A stretch of 63,722 nucleotides of DNA, the filler included, from Microthyrium microscopicum (taxonomy: Eukaryota): assembly GCA_010405405.1 (NCBI GenBank). It is 26 parts of 25 records of this genome, joined end to end, with 100 filler letters (N's around TTAATTAATTAA, not from the genome) between each part and the next. Parts side by side here need not be neighbours in the genome. Positions count along the whole stretch, not along the records: positions 30,102 to 32,280 come from MU004258.1; positions 32,381 to 34,543 come from MU004259.1; positions 34,644 to 36,671 come from MU004260.1; positions 36,772 to 38,784 come from MU004261.1; positions 38,885 to 40,694 come from MU004262.1; positions 40,795 to 42,573 come from MU004263.1; positions 42,674 to 44,450 come from MU004264.1; positions 44,551 to 46,290 come from MU004265.1; 18 more parts are not named here. One strand, written 5' to 3'. The notes under the pieces are model-generated. The model was given only the letters and a program-made list of their open reading frames with translations, searched no databases and was not told where the DNA came from. The position numbers were made by a program, and so were the translations under genes. The first letter of the stretch is position 1. Every line of letters starts with the position of its first letter. Positions 32,061 through 46,390 of the stretch are shown in pieces.

Positions 32061-33496
32061 TTAACTTTCTTTATATATAGGCTTTATTAATAGTAGCTAC
32101 TTAACCTATTTCCTTATAAGTCTCTATTTTATCTAAAGATATAAACTTAAACGTATATTACTACCTTAGGCAATTTCTATTAAAGAGATAAATAATAAGG
32201 TTAGAGAAATTTATAAAATAATAATTATAAAGATTAATATTAAAGGCTATAAAGAAACTATTTAAGCCTTTATAGTAAAANNNNNNNNNNNNNNNNNNNN
32301 NNNNNNNNNNNNNNNNNNNNNNNNTTAATTAATTAANNNNNNNNNNNNNNNNNNNNNNNNNNNNNNNNNNNNNNNNNNNNGACTTATATATCTATTAGTA
32401 TTTATTAGCTTTCTAAATAAATCTAGATAAATAAATAATAGAAATACTTAGCTACTACTAAAAGACTTATCTAAAGTATTTATAAGTCTTATATCTTAGG
32501 TAGCTTCTAGAGCTTTATTAGAAATAGTATTTAATACTATATAGGAATTATAACTTAGTTAACGTTTAATAGGAATTGTTCTTTTAGAAATTATTAAGCT
32601 AGTTTTTAGATAGTTAAGTAAGCCTAACTTAGAGTTTAAAGCCTAGAATTTATTAGTACCTCTAGATTTATAAGTATTATTTTACTTAATAGTAGTACCT
32701 TTAACTTATATCTACCTAGTTAGGTTTAAAAACTCTATTTATTTATTTAGCTAGTGAGTAATTATTATATTAGCTAATATTTAGTTTAATAAGTATATTT
32801 AGAATATATTATATTAATATTAGACATCTACTTTATAAAGTCTATTCTATTTTGTTTATTATAGCTTAAAAGGTCTTAAGCTATAAAGTCTTATAATAGA
32901 GGTCTACTATCTCTAGTAAAGAAGAATATATAAATTAGAATCTAATAAAAGTAAATCGTAGGCTAAGAAAATATATATAGTAGTTTACTTAGCCTTATTT
33001 CTCTTTATACCTTAACCTTTATAAGCTCTTATAAGCCTACTTCTTATTTTACTTTTTATAATATTACCTTACCTTACTAAATTTATTATAATTTTATTAA
33101 CTTAGTATAGGCTTACCTAAGAGGTTATATTATATATAAAACGTATTATTAAGATTTAAATATTAAAGTAAAGTAGTAATAAGAATCTAATAAGTATAAT
33201 ATTATAATAAAGATTACTAGATATATAAGTATTCTAATAGAAATATATAATTAGTAGAACTTTAGATAAGTATAATAGAGAATAAGAAATAGATTATATA
33301 GAATAATAAGGAAAGAAGATAATATTTTAAAAGTTATATTATATAATACGTAAAAGATATTAGTACTAGGACTAATTCTAGTAACGTTTCTTATTACTTT
33401 TTAACTCTTAACTAATGTAGTATATGCTAAGTATATATAAAGGCTATATTCTTAAAACTTATTTAGCTATTATTATTAGTTCTTATTAAATAAGCT

Positions 33497-34020
33497 ATTC
33501 TAAGGACTATATAAAAGAGATAAAAAAAAGTAAGTCGTGTTAAGCTATTTCTACGTTACGCTATATTAATATAAGAGATTAAATTAAAGTAGATTGTAGA
33601 ATCTTATTTAGCTATTACTTTCTATTATTATTAAATCTATTAATTCTAAGGCTATATAAAAGGGGCTAGAAATTATTAAGTTGTACTAAGTAATTTTTAT
33701 ACTATACTATATTAAAGTAGAGGCTAAGTAGTAATCCTATATTATAAAATTAAGTTTAGCTTACTATTATATTTAATTATTGTCTAATATACTAATTATT
33801 ATATATACTAATTCTTAAGCTATATAAAAAGGGCCTAAGATTATAAGCTTATACTAAGCTATTTCTATATCTTCTTATATTAAAGTAGAGGCTAAGTATT
33901 AATCTATATTATAAAGTTATATTTAGCTATATTAATCTATATTATAAAATTGTGTTTAGCTATTATACTAATATATTATTAAATATATAAGCAAGCTTAA
34001 GTATCGTATAAAATAGGTAA
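33497..34020. repeat. Diverged tandem repeats, ~150-170 bp, about 3 copies
   Basis: Recurrent ATTCTAAGGCTATATAAAAGGGG...TATATTAAAGTAGAGGCTAAGTA blocks. Confidence 0.6.
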
Positions 34021-34643
34021 AAGATTTATAGTTTATAATTAGTAATAATAAAATAAGCTAAATCTAAATAGTTAAATAGAAGTTAATATTAGACTTATGC
34101 TATTTTCTATAAAAATATTTTAATTATTACTTTATTAAGCTACTAAAAGTTTATATCCTCTTTTATTACTACTATACTACTATAATAAGTAAAATACTAG
34201 CTACTACTATTACTCTTTCTACGTAGAATAAGTTAATTATTTACTAAATTATCCTAGAAATACGTAAATATATTTAACTACTAACCTTTACTAACTAGAG
34301 TAAGCTTATCTAGTTTATATAGGAAAATACTTTTAATAAAGAGGCTAGCATTAAATTTCTTAATTACTTTATTTAGATAACTAGTTTATTAATAATTACT
34401 ATTACGTTATTTTATAGTAATTAGTTTATCTCTCTTAATTATAAGTAAGCTATAGAAGCTACCTTTATTACTAATTAAGCTAATATAGGGTCTAAACTTA
34501 TAGAGTCTATAAGTCCTAAAGTACTATATTAGTTACTATCTTTNNNNNNNNNNNNNNNNNNNNNNNNNNNNNNNNNNNNNNNNNNNNTTAATTAATTAAN
34601 NNNNNNNNNNNNNNNNNNNNNNNNNNNNNNNNNNNNNNNNNNN

Positions 34644-36671
34644 TTAATTAGTATAATTTAACTATTTTTTAAATTTAATAGATATAGGATTTAGGTATAG
34701 AATAAAGCGCTATATTTATCTATTTTAATAGATAAACTAATTAATTTTTAGTATTAAATAAGGAAATAAATTAAATTTGTATATAATCTCTACTACTTTA
34801 GTACTACTATTTACCTTCTACTTTTACGTTGTATTACTTAATTAGTATAATTTAACTATTTTTTAAATTTAACGCGTTTATAATTTAGGTATAGAATAAA
34901 GCATTGTATTTATCTATTTTAATAGATAAACTTATTAATTTTTAGCATTAGATAGGAAAATAAATTAAATTTATATATAATTTCTACTATCTTAGTACTA
35001 CTATTTACCTCCTACTTTCGTATTGTATTACTTAATTAGTATAATTTAACTATTTTTTAAATTTAATGTGTTTATAATTTAGGTATAGAATAAAGTGCTA
35101 TATTTATCTATTATAAGAGATAAACTAATTAATTTTTAGTATTAAATAGAAAAATAAAATTAAATTTATATATAATCTTTATTATCTTAGTACTACTATC
35201 TATCTTATACTTTTGCGTTGTATTACTTAATTAGTATAATTTAACTATTTTTTAAATTTAATAGATATAGGATTTAGATATAGAATAAAGCGCTATATTT
35301 ATCTATTTTAATAAATAAACTAATTAATTTTTAGTATTAGATAGGAAAATAAATTAAATTTATATATAATCTCTACTACCTTAGTACTACTATTTACCTT
35401 CTACTTTCGCGTTATATTACTTAATTAGTATAATTTAACTATTTTTTAAATTTAACGCGTTTATAATTTAGATATAGAATAAAGCACTATATTTATCTAT
35501 TTTAATAGATAAACTAATTAATTTTTAGCATTAGATAAAGAAATAAATTAAATTTATATATAATCTCTACTACCTTAGTACTACTATTTACTTTCTACTT
35601 TTGCATTATATTACTTAATTAGTATAATTTAACTATTTTTTAAATTTAACGCGTTTATAATTTAGGTATAAAATAAAGCGCTATATTTATTTATTATAAG
35701 AGATAAACTAATTAATTTTTAGTATTAGATAGGGAAATAAAATTAAATTTATATATAATCTTTACTACCTTAGTACTACTATCTACTTTATACTTTTGCG
35801 TTATATTACTTAATTAGCATAATTTAACTATTTTTTAAATTTAATAAATATAGGATTTAGGTATAGAATAAAGCGCTATATTTATCTATTTTAATAGATA
35901 AACTAATTAATTTTTAGTATTAAATAGGGAAATAAATTAAATTTATATATAATCTCTACTACTTTAGTACTACTATTTACCTTCTACTTTTGCGTTATAT
36001 TACTTAATTAGTATAATTTAACTATTTTTTAAATTTAATGTGTTTATAATTTAGGTATAGAATAAAGTACTATATTTATCTATTTTAATAAATAAACTAA
36101 TTAATTTTTAGTATTAGATAGAGAAACAAATTAAATTTATATATAATCTCTACTACCTTAGTACTACTATTTACCTTCTACTTTTGCGTTGTATTACTTA
36201 ATTAGTATAATTTAACTATTTTTTAAATTTAATGCATTTATAATTTAGGTATAAAATAAAGCGCTATATTTATTTATTATAAGAGATAAACTAATTAATT
36301 TTTAGTATTAAATAGGAAAATAAAATTAAATTTATATATAATCTCTACTACCTTAGTACTACTATCTACCTTATACTTTCGTATTATATTACTTAATTAG
36401 CATAATTTAACTATTTTTTAAATTTAATAGATATAAGATTTAGGTATAAAATAAAGCACTATATTTATCTATTTTAATAAATAAACTAATTAATTTTTAG
36501 TATTAAATAAGAAAATAAATTAAATTTATATATAATTTCTACTACCTTAGTACTACTATTTACTTTCTACTTTTGTATTATATTACTTAATTAGTATAAT
36601 TTAACTATTTTTTAAATTTAATGCGTTTATAATTTAGATATAGAATAAAGTGCTATATTTATATATTATAA
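34644..36671. repeat. Satellite array, 194/194/195-bp monomers forming a 583-bp higher-order repeat
   Basis: Monomer starts (TTAATTAGYATAATTTAACTATTTTTT) at 34644, 34838, 35032, 35227, 35421, 35615, 35810, 36004, 36198, 36393, 36587. The array fills the whole contig. Confidence 0.95.
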
Positions 36672-36771
36672 NNNNNNNNNNNNNNNNNNNNNNNNNNNNN
36701 NNNNNNNNNNNNNNNTTAATTAATTAANNNNNNNNNNNNNNNNNNNNNNNNNNNNNNNNNNNNNNNNNNNN

Positions 36772-38784
36772 GTATTAACTAGGCTATAGAACTCTAGTCT
36801 TTCTTAAAGGAATTAGGATATAAATATAAGGTTAATTACTATTTTTGCTACTTCTACTTCTCTTTCCTTATATAATCTATAGGTTAGCTCTCTTTTTAGT
36901 GTACTTAGGTAGAGTCTTTACTAAATTATATTGCGAAGTAAGGTATTTACTTAGGGTTTAGTAGCTAATGCTACGCCTCCTTATTAACGATAGTAGTAGT
37001 TAAAGTCTTCTATTAATAGGATCTCTCCTTTTGTCTTATTAATTACCTTTATTAGTATTAGGCGTTTAGCGATATAGTTATAGTTACTTACTACTAGGCC
37101 TTTACTATATATATTAATAATTATTAGTATTATATATCTATACTAGAGGCGTAGTGTTAAGATAAATTAGTTATAATATCTTACTTACTAGTCCTCTATA
37201 TTAAGCGTTTTACTTATTATAAAGCATACTCTTAATTAATTATCCTAGTTATATATTAAAGTGTAGCTAAGAGGGTAGTACGTTCCCCTTAGCTTTATAA
37301 TTCCTTTAGGGTCTTAGACCGCTATAATTAGTTACTTAGTATTATTTAGTAAATTAAAGAATAGCCTTACTTCCCTTCTATTTAACTTTCTATAGTTATA
37401 TTATATAATATTAATACTATTTATCTAAGTCTATTGTTTAAATTTTGCTTATTTTATCGCTAGAGGTTAGCCTAAGGTTATCTACGGCCTATTCTACTCT
37501 TTTATAGTTATTTCTTTATTAGTCTTTTAAGGCGCTATCTCTTATAGTTTATAAGCTATTATTACTTCTATTAAAGTTAAATATACTTATAATTAATCTC
37601 TAAATGCCCTAGACTAGGTTATTACGTACCTTATTCTCTACTTCTTATAATGCTAATAGTCTTTTAAGGTTCTTAGTCTCTACTTTTCTTTTCTTTATAC
37701 TATTTACTATAGTATATTTGTTATTATCTATAAGCTAAATTAGTATAATTTAAGTAGACGTTATAGCTCTTATCTATTCTATATATTTTTTGTTTACTAC
37801 TTAGAATCCTTTTATACTCTTAAAGTAGGTTTAGTATACTTTATATATATTCTTTTACTATACGTAATATTTTTAGCCTTACTCTTTTTCTTCTTTTCTT
37901 TCTCTCTTATTATCTTTATAGTTAGAGTACTAAACTAGGCTCGTCTTAGTATAGTCCTTAGTATTGTAATTGCCTATATATTTACTATAGTTTAGTTTAT
38001 ACTAAGTATAAGCTATTTATATATAGCCCTAGACTTAGTAGTAGAAGCACTATTTAGTAATATATTTTAGGTTATATAATTTAGTAAAGAGCTCCTCCGC
38101 TTTAATAATGAACTTCTTTTAGATAACTTTATTTCTTATTATTATTATTAAGTAATATAGCACGAGTAATCCTTTAGTACGTACCTTCCTATACTTTTTT
38201 AGTTCTTCTTTTACTTATTTATACTTTATACCTCTATAGAGCTACTAAACTACTCCTATCTCTAGGCGTTTAAACCTTATCTTATTTCTATTAATTAGTT
38301 CTTTAATTAGTTTACTATTATCTATATTCTTACTATAAGCTACGTCTAGTTTAAGTAAAGTACTTAGGATCTTTACTAAATAGTCTTATTATAAGACCTA
38401 AACCTTATTTAAGCCTACCTAACGTAGCCTATTTTAAATATAATTCTTATCTAATTATATATTAACTATAATGTTAACGTTCCTGCTAGGTAGCAGCCTA
38501 ATAGCTATTGCCTATAAGATAGTTTTTTTAATCTTTTTAAATAGCTTTATCCTATTCTACTTATTTTCTTTTAATATATTTTTAACTACTTTTATAATAT
38601 TAATTTAGACCGTTAAGCTCGCGAAGAGGGCTTTTTAATTAAGGATTAGTAGGTTAGGTCCTTTTATGACCTTTGCCTAAAAGTTAAGAGTTATTTTAAT
38701 CTTAGTAATCTACTTTGTGATCGTATTAAGTTTTTAGTTAAAACGCGTCTTAAGATATGTTAGTAAAGGGGCTCTATTTATAGT
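36772..38784 (-). mobile_element. RIP-inactivated Tad1-like LINE: ORF1 zinc knuckles and start of ORF2 AP-endonuclease
   Basis: Minus strand K*CFYY*V*GYI*IAY and YSKYIGNYNTKDY (de-RIP to CX2CX4HX4C knuckles, ~37950-38055); LLIEDFNYYYR**GG (GDFNxHHxxWG, ~36975-37020). Confidence 0.72.
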
Positions 38785-41700
38785 NNNNNNNNNNNNNNNN
38801 NNNNNNNNNNNNNNNNNNNNNNNNNNNNTTAATTAATTAANNNNNNNNNNNNNNNNNNNNNNNNNNNNNNNNNNNNNNNNNNNNATCTTTTCTTTAATAT
38901 TTTTATAGTTTTCTTTAGCCTAATAAAATGTTTCTTTAGCTTTCTTAATATTTTAGTACTACTCTTTATTATATTAATAGAATATCTTCTTTACGTACTT
39001 AGTATTAGCGTTAAAAGTATATTTCTTTCTTTTATTTTATATTTTAGTCTTATTTAGCTCCTCCTTATAGCTTAGTAAAGGAGTATCTAGTTTAAAGACT
39101 AATAATTATTATCCTTAGTAGTATTCTTTATAAAGGATTACTATTCTTTTTAAACTTTTATAAATATTACTATTAAAAATATAACTAAGACTTTAATCTT
39201 ATTATTAAATAAAGGTTCTTAATCTTTATATAGTATAGTCTTATTAAAGTAGTAGTAACCTTTTTACTTATAATAGACGTAACGTTTATCTATTTTTAAG
39301 GTATTAAAAACGTTTATAGAATAGTTAACGTTGCTAATTTTATTATTTTAGACTCTTTTATTAGTAGACTAATTATTATTATAACTATAAGAGGTATTAT
39401 TTATAGTAATAAGCTTATAATTAATTTAGTATATAACTAAGTAAAATTAGGCATAAAATATAGCAAAACTACTAAAATGCTAGCTTACTAGTAAGTCTAT
39501 AAACTTATAATTAATAAGATCTTATAATTTAATAATCTTCTTATGCTTAGATAGTTTTATATTTACTAAATTTATTAAGAAGTAGCTAATAAAGGCTTAA
39601 AGACTTTCTATATCTTTTATCTTAATATTTAAGGACTTTAACTATACCTTAGTATTTTTAAAAGCGTTCTTAAAGTAGTAATAACTATCTAGATTTACTT
39701 ATATCTTTTTTATAGTACTATAAGGGTCCTTTAACTTATAACTTTTATATATAACTATAATACTATAGGTAGGGCTAGTATAATAAATATAAATAAATTT
39801 AATCTTCTTCTTTTTAGTAGGGACGTATAAGTATATATTCTTATTAAGAAGTATATCTAATATTTTTTTTTTCTACTATTTATAGTATATAGGTTTACCT
39901 TTAAAATTACTAGGTTCTTTAAACTTTATAAGTATTACTAAGAAGGTACTATTAGCTACTAATAATAGTAAGATATAGTATATTTCTTAGACTTAAAGCT
40001 ATAAGTATAAAACTACTAGATGTATTACTTATAATATAGAATAATCTAAGAAGATATCATCTTCTAAATTATTTAAGTTAACATAAGCTTAATTTAAATT
40101 TATCTAAAGTCTATTCTTAAGTTCTTAAACCTAGTAGTAAAGGTTAATAACTAACTTATAATATTATAAATTAGTATTATACTTTTTTACTAATTTAGTA
40201 AAAGCTACTTATTTATTTAAATAAGTAGTAATTAGTGCTAACTTATAGTTATAATAAATTTAGCTAGTAAGCGCTTTAAGATTTATTATTATCTACTAAT
40301 AAGTAGCTACTTCTTTTTATAGTACTTCTACTAATTTACTTAATTAATCTACTTCTATATTAGTATTTATAAGTTCTTCTACTAGCTAATTTTAAAGTTT
40401 TTAAGTAAACTAGTAACATAATACTATAATTTAATTAATTACTAACGCGATATATAGTTATTTAAAGAATTAATCTTTTTCTATAAACTTAATATATTAG
40501 TCTAGATACTTATTATTAGATATTAATATATAATATTTCTAAAAAGTAGTAAAATTATTAGGATTATCTTAAAGAACTACTAATATTTATTTTTCTACCT
40601 TTAGTCTAACTCTATATAATACCTATATAAATAAAGGCTTTATACTAATAAGTAATATAACTTTACTATTAAGGTTTACTAGTTCTAAGGATAGNNNNNN
40701 NNNNNNNNNNNNNNNNNNNNNNNNNNNNNNNNNNNNNNTTAATTAATTAANNNNNNNNNNNNNNNNNNNNNNNNNNNNNNNNNNNNNNNNNNNNTATTCT
40801 TATAAAAATGCTAAAGAATTTTCTTAACTAAACTATAGGCCTTAGTAATAGCTATAGCCTTTAAGTTAAAAGACCTAACTAGGCCTAAAAAGAAAGCTTC
40901 TATAATAGTAGCTACTACGTAAACTATAAATAAAGCTTTTATAGCTTTAACTTCTTTATTAAAGTTTATATAAGTAGTACTATTATAAATACTAGTAGAA
41001 GAAATTAAGATAATAGAAAATAGTAGGTTAAGAAGAGACGTTATAATAGTATATATAATAAAGAAGTTTATAATATAAGAAAAAACTCTATTAAAATATA
41101 ATATACTAGCTAACTAAGGAGAAGAGAAAAAAGAAAGAGAAGAGCCTTAAGGCGTTCTAATAGAAGAAGTAGTAAAGCTTTTTTAAGAGTAAAGAAGAGA
41201 AGAAGACTAAGAAAGCATAAATAAATTATAACTATTATTATTATTATAATTATTATTATAAACTAGCGTATTATCTTTATCCTTATTCTATATATATAAA
41301 TCTTCTTTTTCTATAGTAAGAGGAGCCTTTTTAAAGATAAGTAAATCCTCCTCTTATAAAGTAAGTAAATTACTATTAAAATTAATAAGTAACGCTAAGG
41401 ACTCTTACTTAGAAGAACGTAAGAAAGTAGGTAAAGTAAGGTATTTATGCTTATCTAAGAGCTTAGGCTTAGATAATAATAATTATTAAATTACGTCTAA
41501 AGATATAACTACGCAAGAAGACTACTATAGTAGTAGTAATAGTAGTAAAGAAGAGGAGAGAAAAGTAGGTAGATTTAAGGATAGTAAGCCCTAGACTACT
41601 ACCTATTCTTCTTAATTATTATTACTATAATATTATTAATATTATTATTTATAATTTAAAAGTAAAGGAATATACTTATTAACGTTAGGAAGAACATTTA

Positions 41701-44550
41701 GAAGATTTATATACTTATTATAGCGTAAATATATTTCTTATTAATAGACTATTCTAGATTCCCTAATAATTACTATATAGGCTTTAAGGCTATATATCTT
41801 TTTTTTACTCTTAAAATTATATTTAAATAAGTTAGTACAAATATATAGCATATTATAGCGTACTAAATATACTAAAGGCTAGTAATATTAAGGCATCTTT
41901 AAAAATCTAATAGAAAGCTAATATTTATAAAGGGTATATAAAGCTAATATATATATTATTAAAAAGCTTTAAAATATAGAGTAAGGGAAGGTTTTATTAT
42001 AGTAATACTCTTATTTAACCTATACTCTTATAGAAATAAAGCCTAGTTAGTTTAGGCTATTATTCCCTATTAAAGCTATCTCTAAGAATAATATCTTATT
42101 ATTCTTTCTTAAAGTATAAAGTTCTAATAAATTATATAAAGTTTTATAAAGATATTAGCTAATTATATACTAGAATATCTTTATAAGAGCCTATTTACTA
42201 TAAGAGCGTTAATAACATAAGATAGTAAATATTATAAGGTAGCTTATTTATAATAGCCTTATAATAGAATAGATTTCTTAAAAATATAAGAAGTCTATAA
42301 GTCTATTTTTTAAGTACTAGAAGCGTTATAAAAACCTAGAGTACTTATTATTAATCTTAGAATTAAATATTATAGAATAAAATTAACTTACTAAAAGCTA
42401 TAATAATACTACTACTATAAGGTATAGAATAAATAGCTACTACGTAGTCTACTTCTAGGCCTTAGGATAAGAGAAGTATAACTTAGTCTAATAGTACGTA
42501 ATATAAATTTTAGAAGATAGTCTCTACTATATAAACTAAAGTTATCTAGATTTAGTAACTAAAATCTTATACTNNNNNNNNNNNNNNNNNNNNNNNNNNN
42601 NNNNNNNNNNNNNNNNNTTAATTAATTAANNNNNNNNNNNNNNNNNNNNNNNNNNNNNNNNNNNNNNNNNNNNCTATTATATCTTTTTGCCTTTTCTATC
42701 CCTTTCTATATATTACTTTTACCTTTATTATAGCCTAAATTCTAGGCTTTAAGAAAATACGTTTTACGTTTTTAATAAGATATAAATACTATAGTTATTA
42801 TAGTAGTTAGTTAATTAGATTCTTTAATATTCCTTTTACTAATTCTATATTTCCTAAGCTATATAAATTATATTTCGTTAGTTATAAGCCTAATATTCTA
42901 ATATATTTTTATTATTTTATTATTCTATACGTAAATCTTTTATAAACTATATTATTATAATTTCCTAAATTTTAGCTATTACTATATACTAGTTTTAATA
43001 TTAAAACTTACTTATTAAGTTATGAATCAATTTATAACGTTACTTCTAAACTTATAATTATTACTAAAGCTAGAACTACTCTTTAGAGCTACTACTCCTT
43101 TAGGTTAAAGTTAAGAAGCACTTTACTTTATTTATCTTCTTCTATAGTAATTTATATTTCTCTCTATTACTTTACTATTTATAATACTTATTTAAATTAT
43201 TAGGAAGTAATAAGAAAACCTTACTATATTATTTAATAGTAAGAAAGAGTAAGGAATTAGTAAATTAAATTAGAAAATCGCCTAAAAAGGTAATTTTATA
43301 AATCTTAAAGGTATAAATATTTTTTAATCCTTTTCTCTCTTTCTCTTCTTCTTCTCTTCTTTATTACGTACTTTAAGCTTTACGCCTTTACTAGTACTCT
43401 TCTTACTATATTTAGCGTTTATATAACCTTTACTATTAAGTTTCTAACATATTCTTAATCTTAATAGTTTTTTAAAAGCTATTACTCCCTTAAACTCTTA
43501 ATACGCTAATAGCCTTAGCATTAGTAATACTAAAATATGCTAATAGCCTTAGTATTTATAGAGGTAAAGTATAAGCAATACTTCTTACTATTTTTAGTTA
43601 CTATTTAGTCCTCTAGTCTTTAATAGTTTTTTTATTACTATCGCTTTCTTAATTTTAAGGATTTAACTATTAATAGTCCTTACCTTTAAGGACTTAACCT
43701 CTTTACTATCTTAGTACGCTAATAGCCTTAGTATTAGTAGTACTAGATAACGCCTTTTAACTCTTTAATGGCGACTATATTACTATACTTACTGCTTTCT
43801 TTCTTATAGACTTAAGCTACTAAGTAGGTTTTTTAGAGAAACTTACTATTAGTGTTATATAAATCGTTATTATTATTCCTTAACTTTAAGGACTTAACCT
43901 CTTTACTATCTTAGCTATAGTAGTACTAAAACCTATACTACTTTTAAGTACGTTTTAAATTTCTATAGAATATTATTAGTAATTCTACTACTATTAACTT
44001 AACCTTAGCACTTTAGTCTAGGCTTAGTACGCTATAACTAGAAGGTATATTTAGTAAAGATATATAAGTATTTAATTATTCTATGTTTTATTCTTAAGTA
44101 GAGTAGAAAAAGTATTTAGTAAAGATATATAAGTATCTAATTATTCTATATTCTATTCTTAAGTAGAGAGATATAACGCTAGGCCTAAACTACCTAAAGA
44201 GGAAATCTTAAAGGCTTAAAAGGTATAAATATCTTTCTTTTCTTACTTATTCTCTTTCTCTTCTTCTTCTTTCTCTATACTAAGGTAGTATTTCTTAAAT
44301 AAAAGTATAGAGACACTAAGATAGTATCTCCTAAATGAAGTAATAACCTACTAAGAAGTACTTATTATAAGCTTATATATACTCTTTCTAAATAGACTTA
44401 ATGTAAATTATCTAAATAGGTAATCCCTTAATCCTTAGGGGTATAAAATANNNNNNNNNNNNNNNNNNNNNNNNNNNNNNNNNNNNNNNNNNNNTTAATT
44501 AATTAANNNNNNNNNNNNNNNNNNNNNNNNNNNNNNNNNNNNNNNNNNNN

Positions 44551-46200
44551 ACTATAGTTAGATAATTAAGCCATAGTCTAGGAGACTATTTTAAGCCATA
44601 TAGTGCTTTATTTAGCTTACATACTTTATTTTTAGTATTTTCTATTATAAATCCAGTTAGTTATTCTAGATAAATATCTTTATCTATTTTAGCGTAAATA
44701 AATGCGTTTTTAATATCCTATTGCTATATTTCTAGATCTAGTAAATTACTTATAGAAAATAATATTCTATAAGCTTCTGCTCTACACGTAGATGCATAGG
44801 TTTCGTCGTAATCTAAACCTAGTTCTTATATAAATCCTTTTACTACCCATCTAGCTTTATATTTAACTAGATTATTAAGGACGTCTATTTTAATTTTATA
44901 CACCTAGCGACCTCTAAGAACCTTTAAATCTATAGAATAATCTACTAAATTCTAGGTCTTTTATAGTTCTAATTCGTCTACTTCAGCTTTTATAGCTTCT
45001 AACCATTTATTTTTATCTAAGCTTTTAATAGCTTAATTATATATTTTAGGTTCTTTATTTAGTAGATTACTTTCTATTATAATAAATACGTTATCTTCTT
45101 CTAAATTAGCTAAATCTAGGGTTGTATTATTATTAACAGCGGGTTTAATTATAATGCTAGCTATTTTAACTTAATTTTCTAAGTTATCTATTTTAATAAC
45201 GTTAATTTGATTAATATTATTTTCTGCTACTTTATTTTTTATAATAAAATCTATTAGCTCCTTCTTTTTATAGTTTTCTATATCATAAAGTTCTTATTTA
45301 TAGTATTTATTTTCAAATATAACTAAATCTCTAACCTATTAAGTAGATTTAGATTTAATATTATAGATTTTAAATATATTAGTACCTAGGCTAACTAGAA
45401 TTCTAGGTTTCACCTTAGAATCTAGCTTTTTTAAACCTATACTTTTATCTTTATATAAAACTATAGATCCAAAGATTTTTAATTAATCTAATTTTAGTTT
45501 TATGTTATATTTATACTTATAGGGTGTCTTATTGTCTAGGCTACTATTTAGCATTCTATTATAAATATAAACAGCTATTAGAGTAGCTTCTTCCCAAAAG
45601 GTTTTAGGTAGATTACTCTCTTTTAATATTGTGTTTATTTTAGTAACAATTATATAGTTATAAATTTCTATTATACCATTTTATTCATATATATAAGGAG
45701 TACTATATTCTTGTCTAACGCCTTCTTCTTTTAGAAAGTTATTAAGCTTTCTATTTTTAAATTCTTAACCTTCATCGGATTTAAAAGCAATTAATCTTCT
45801 TTTATTATTACTATTATTATAATAGTATTCGTTTTTAACTAAACGTTTAATTTCTACTATATTAGGATATATTTTATCCTTAGTACGTAGTAGACATATT
45901 TCTAGATATCTAGTAGCAACGTCTATAGCTAGTAGAATATAATGAAAACCATTAAAAGTAGTTAGATTTATAGGGCCGTATAAATTAGCTACTATCTTAT
46001 CTAAGAAGTATTTTAGTTTCTTTATTATATCTTTATTTTTGCAATTAGTTATTTTACTTTTAATACATATATTACATTTACTAGAATTAAATTTACCTAG
46101 ATTTACAATAGCTATTAATTTAGCTTTATATAATAGATATAATTTTCTACTAGAAGCGTGTCCTAGTCTTTTATGCCACACTAAGGCAGATAGCATTACT
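44551..46200 (-). mobile_element. Partially RIP-mutated Ty1/copia pol fragment (IN + RT), a different family from the intact element
   Basis: ORF remnant 45765-46196 VWHKRLGH..CNIC..NLYGP..FKSDEG; downstream RYKARWVVKGF, DYDETYAS, DIKNAF, KALYGLK*SPRLW with in-frame stops. Confidence 0.92.
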
Positions 46201-46390
46201 AGCTTTTTAGCTTTCTTTTTATTATTATTACTTATAATAGAAGTAGCTATTCTAGAAATAAAACAGTTCTCTACATCTAATTTAAGTAGGNNNNNNNNNN
46301 NNNNNNNNNNNNNNNNNNNNNNNNNNNNNNNNNNTTAATTAATTAANNNNNNNNNNNNNNNNNNNNNNNNNNNNNNNNNNNNNNNNNNNN

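Noticed and set aside
34644..36671. CRISPR-like array
   Set aside because: Units are contiguous near-identical monomers with no unique spacers and no cas genes; the context is eukaryotic. The same applies to 49368-49790.
45765..46196. 143-aa ORF as a functional gene
   Set aside because: It is a surviving open stretch of a RIP-broken integrase (catalytic D appears as N in ANLYGP; stops follow).
46039..46338. 99-aa plus-strand ORF
   Set aside because: Antisense to the copia integrase relic and runs into linker Ns.
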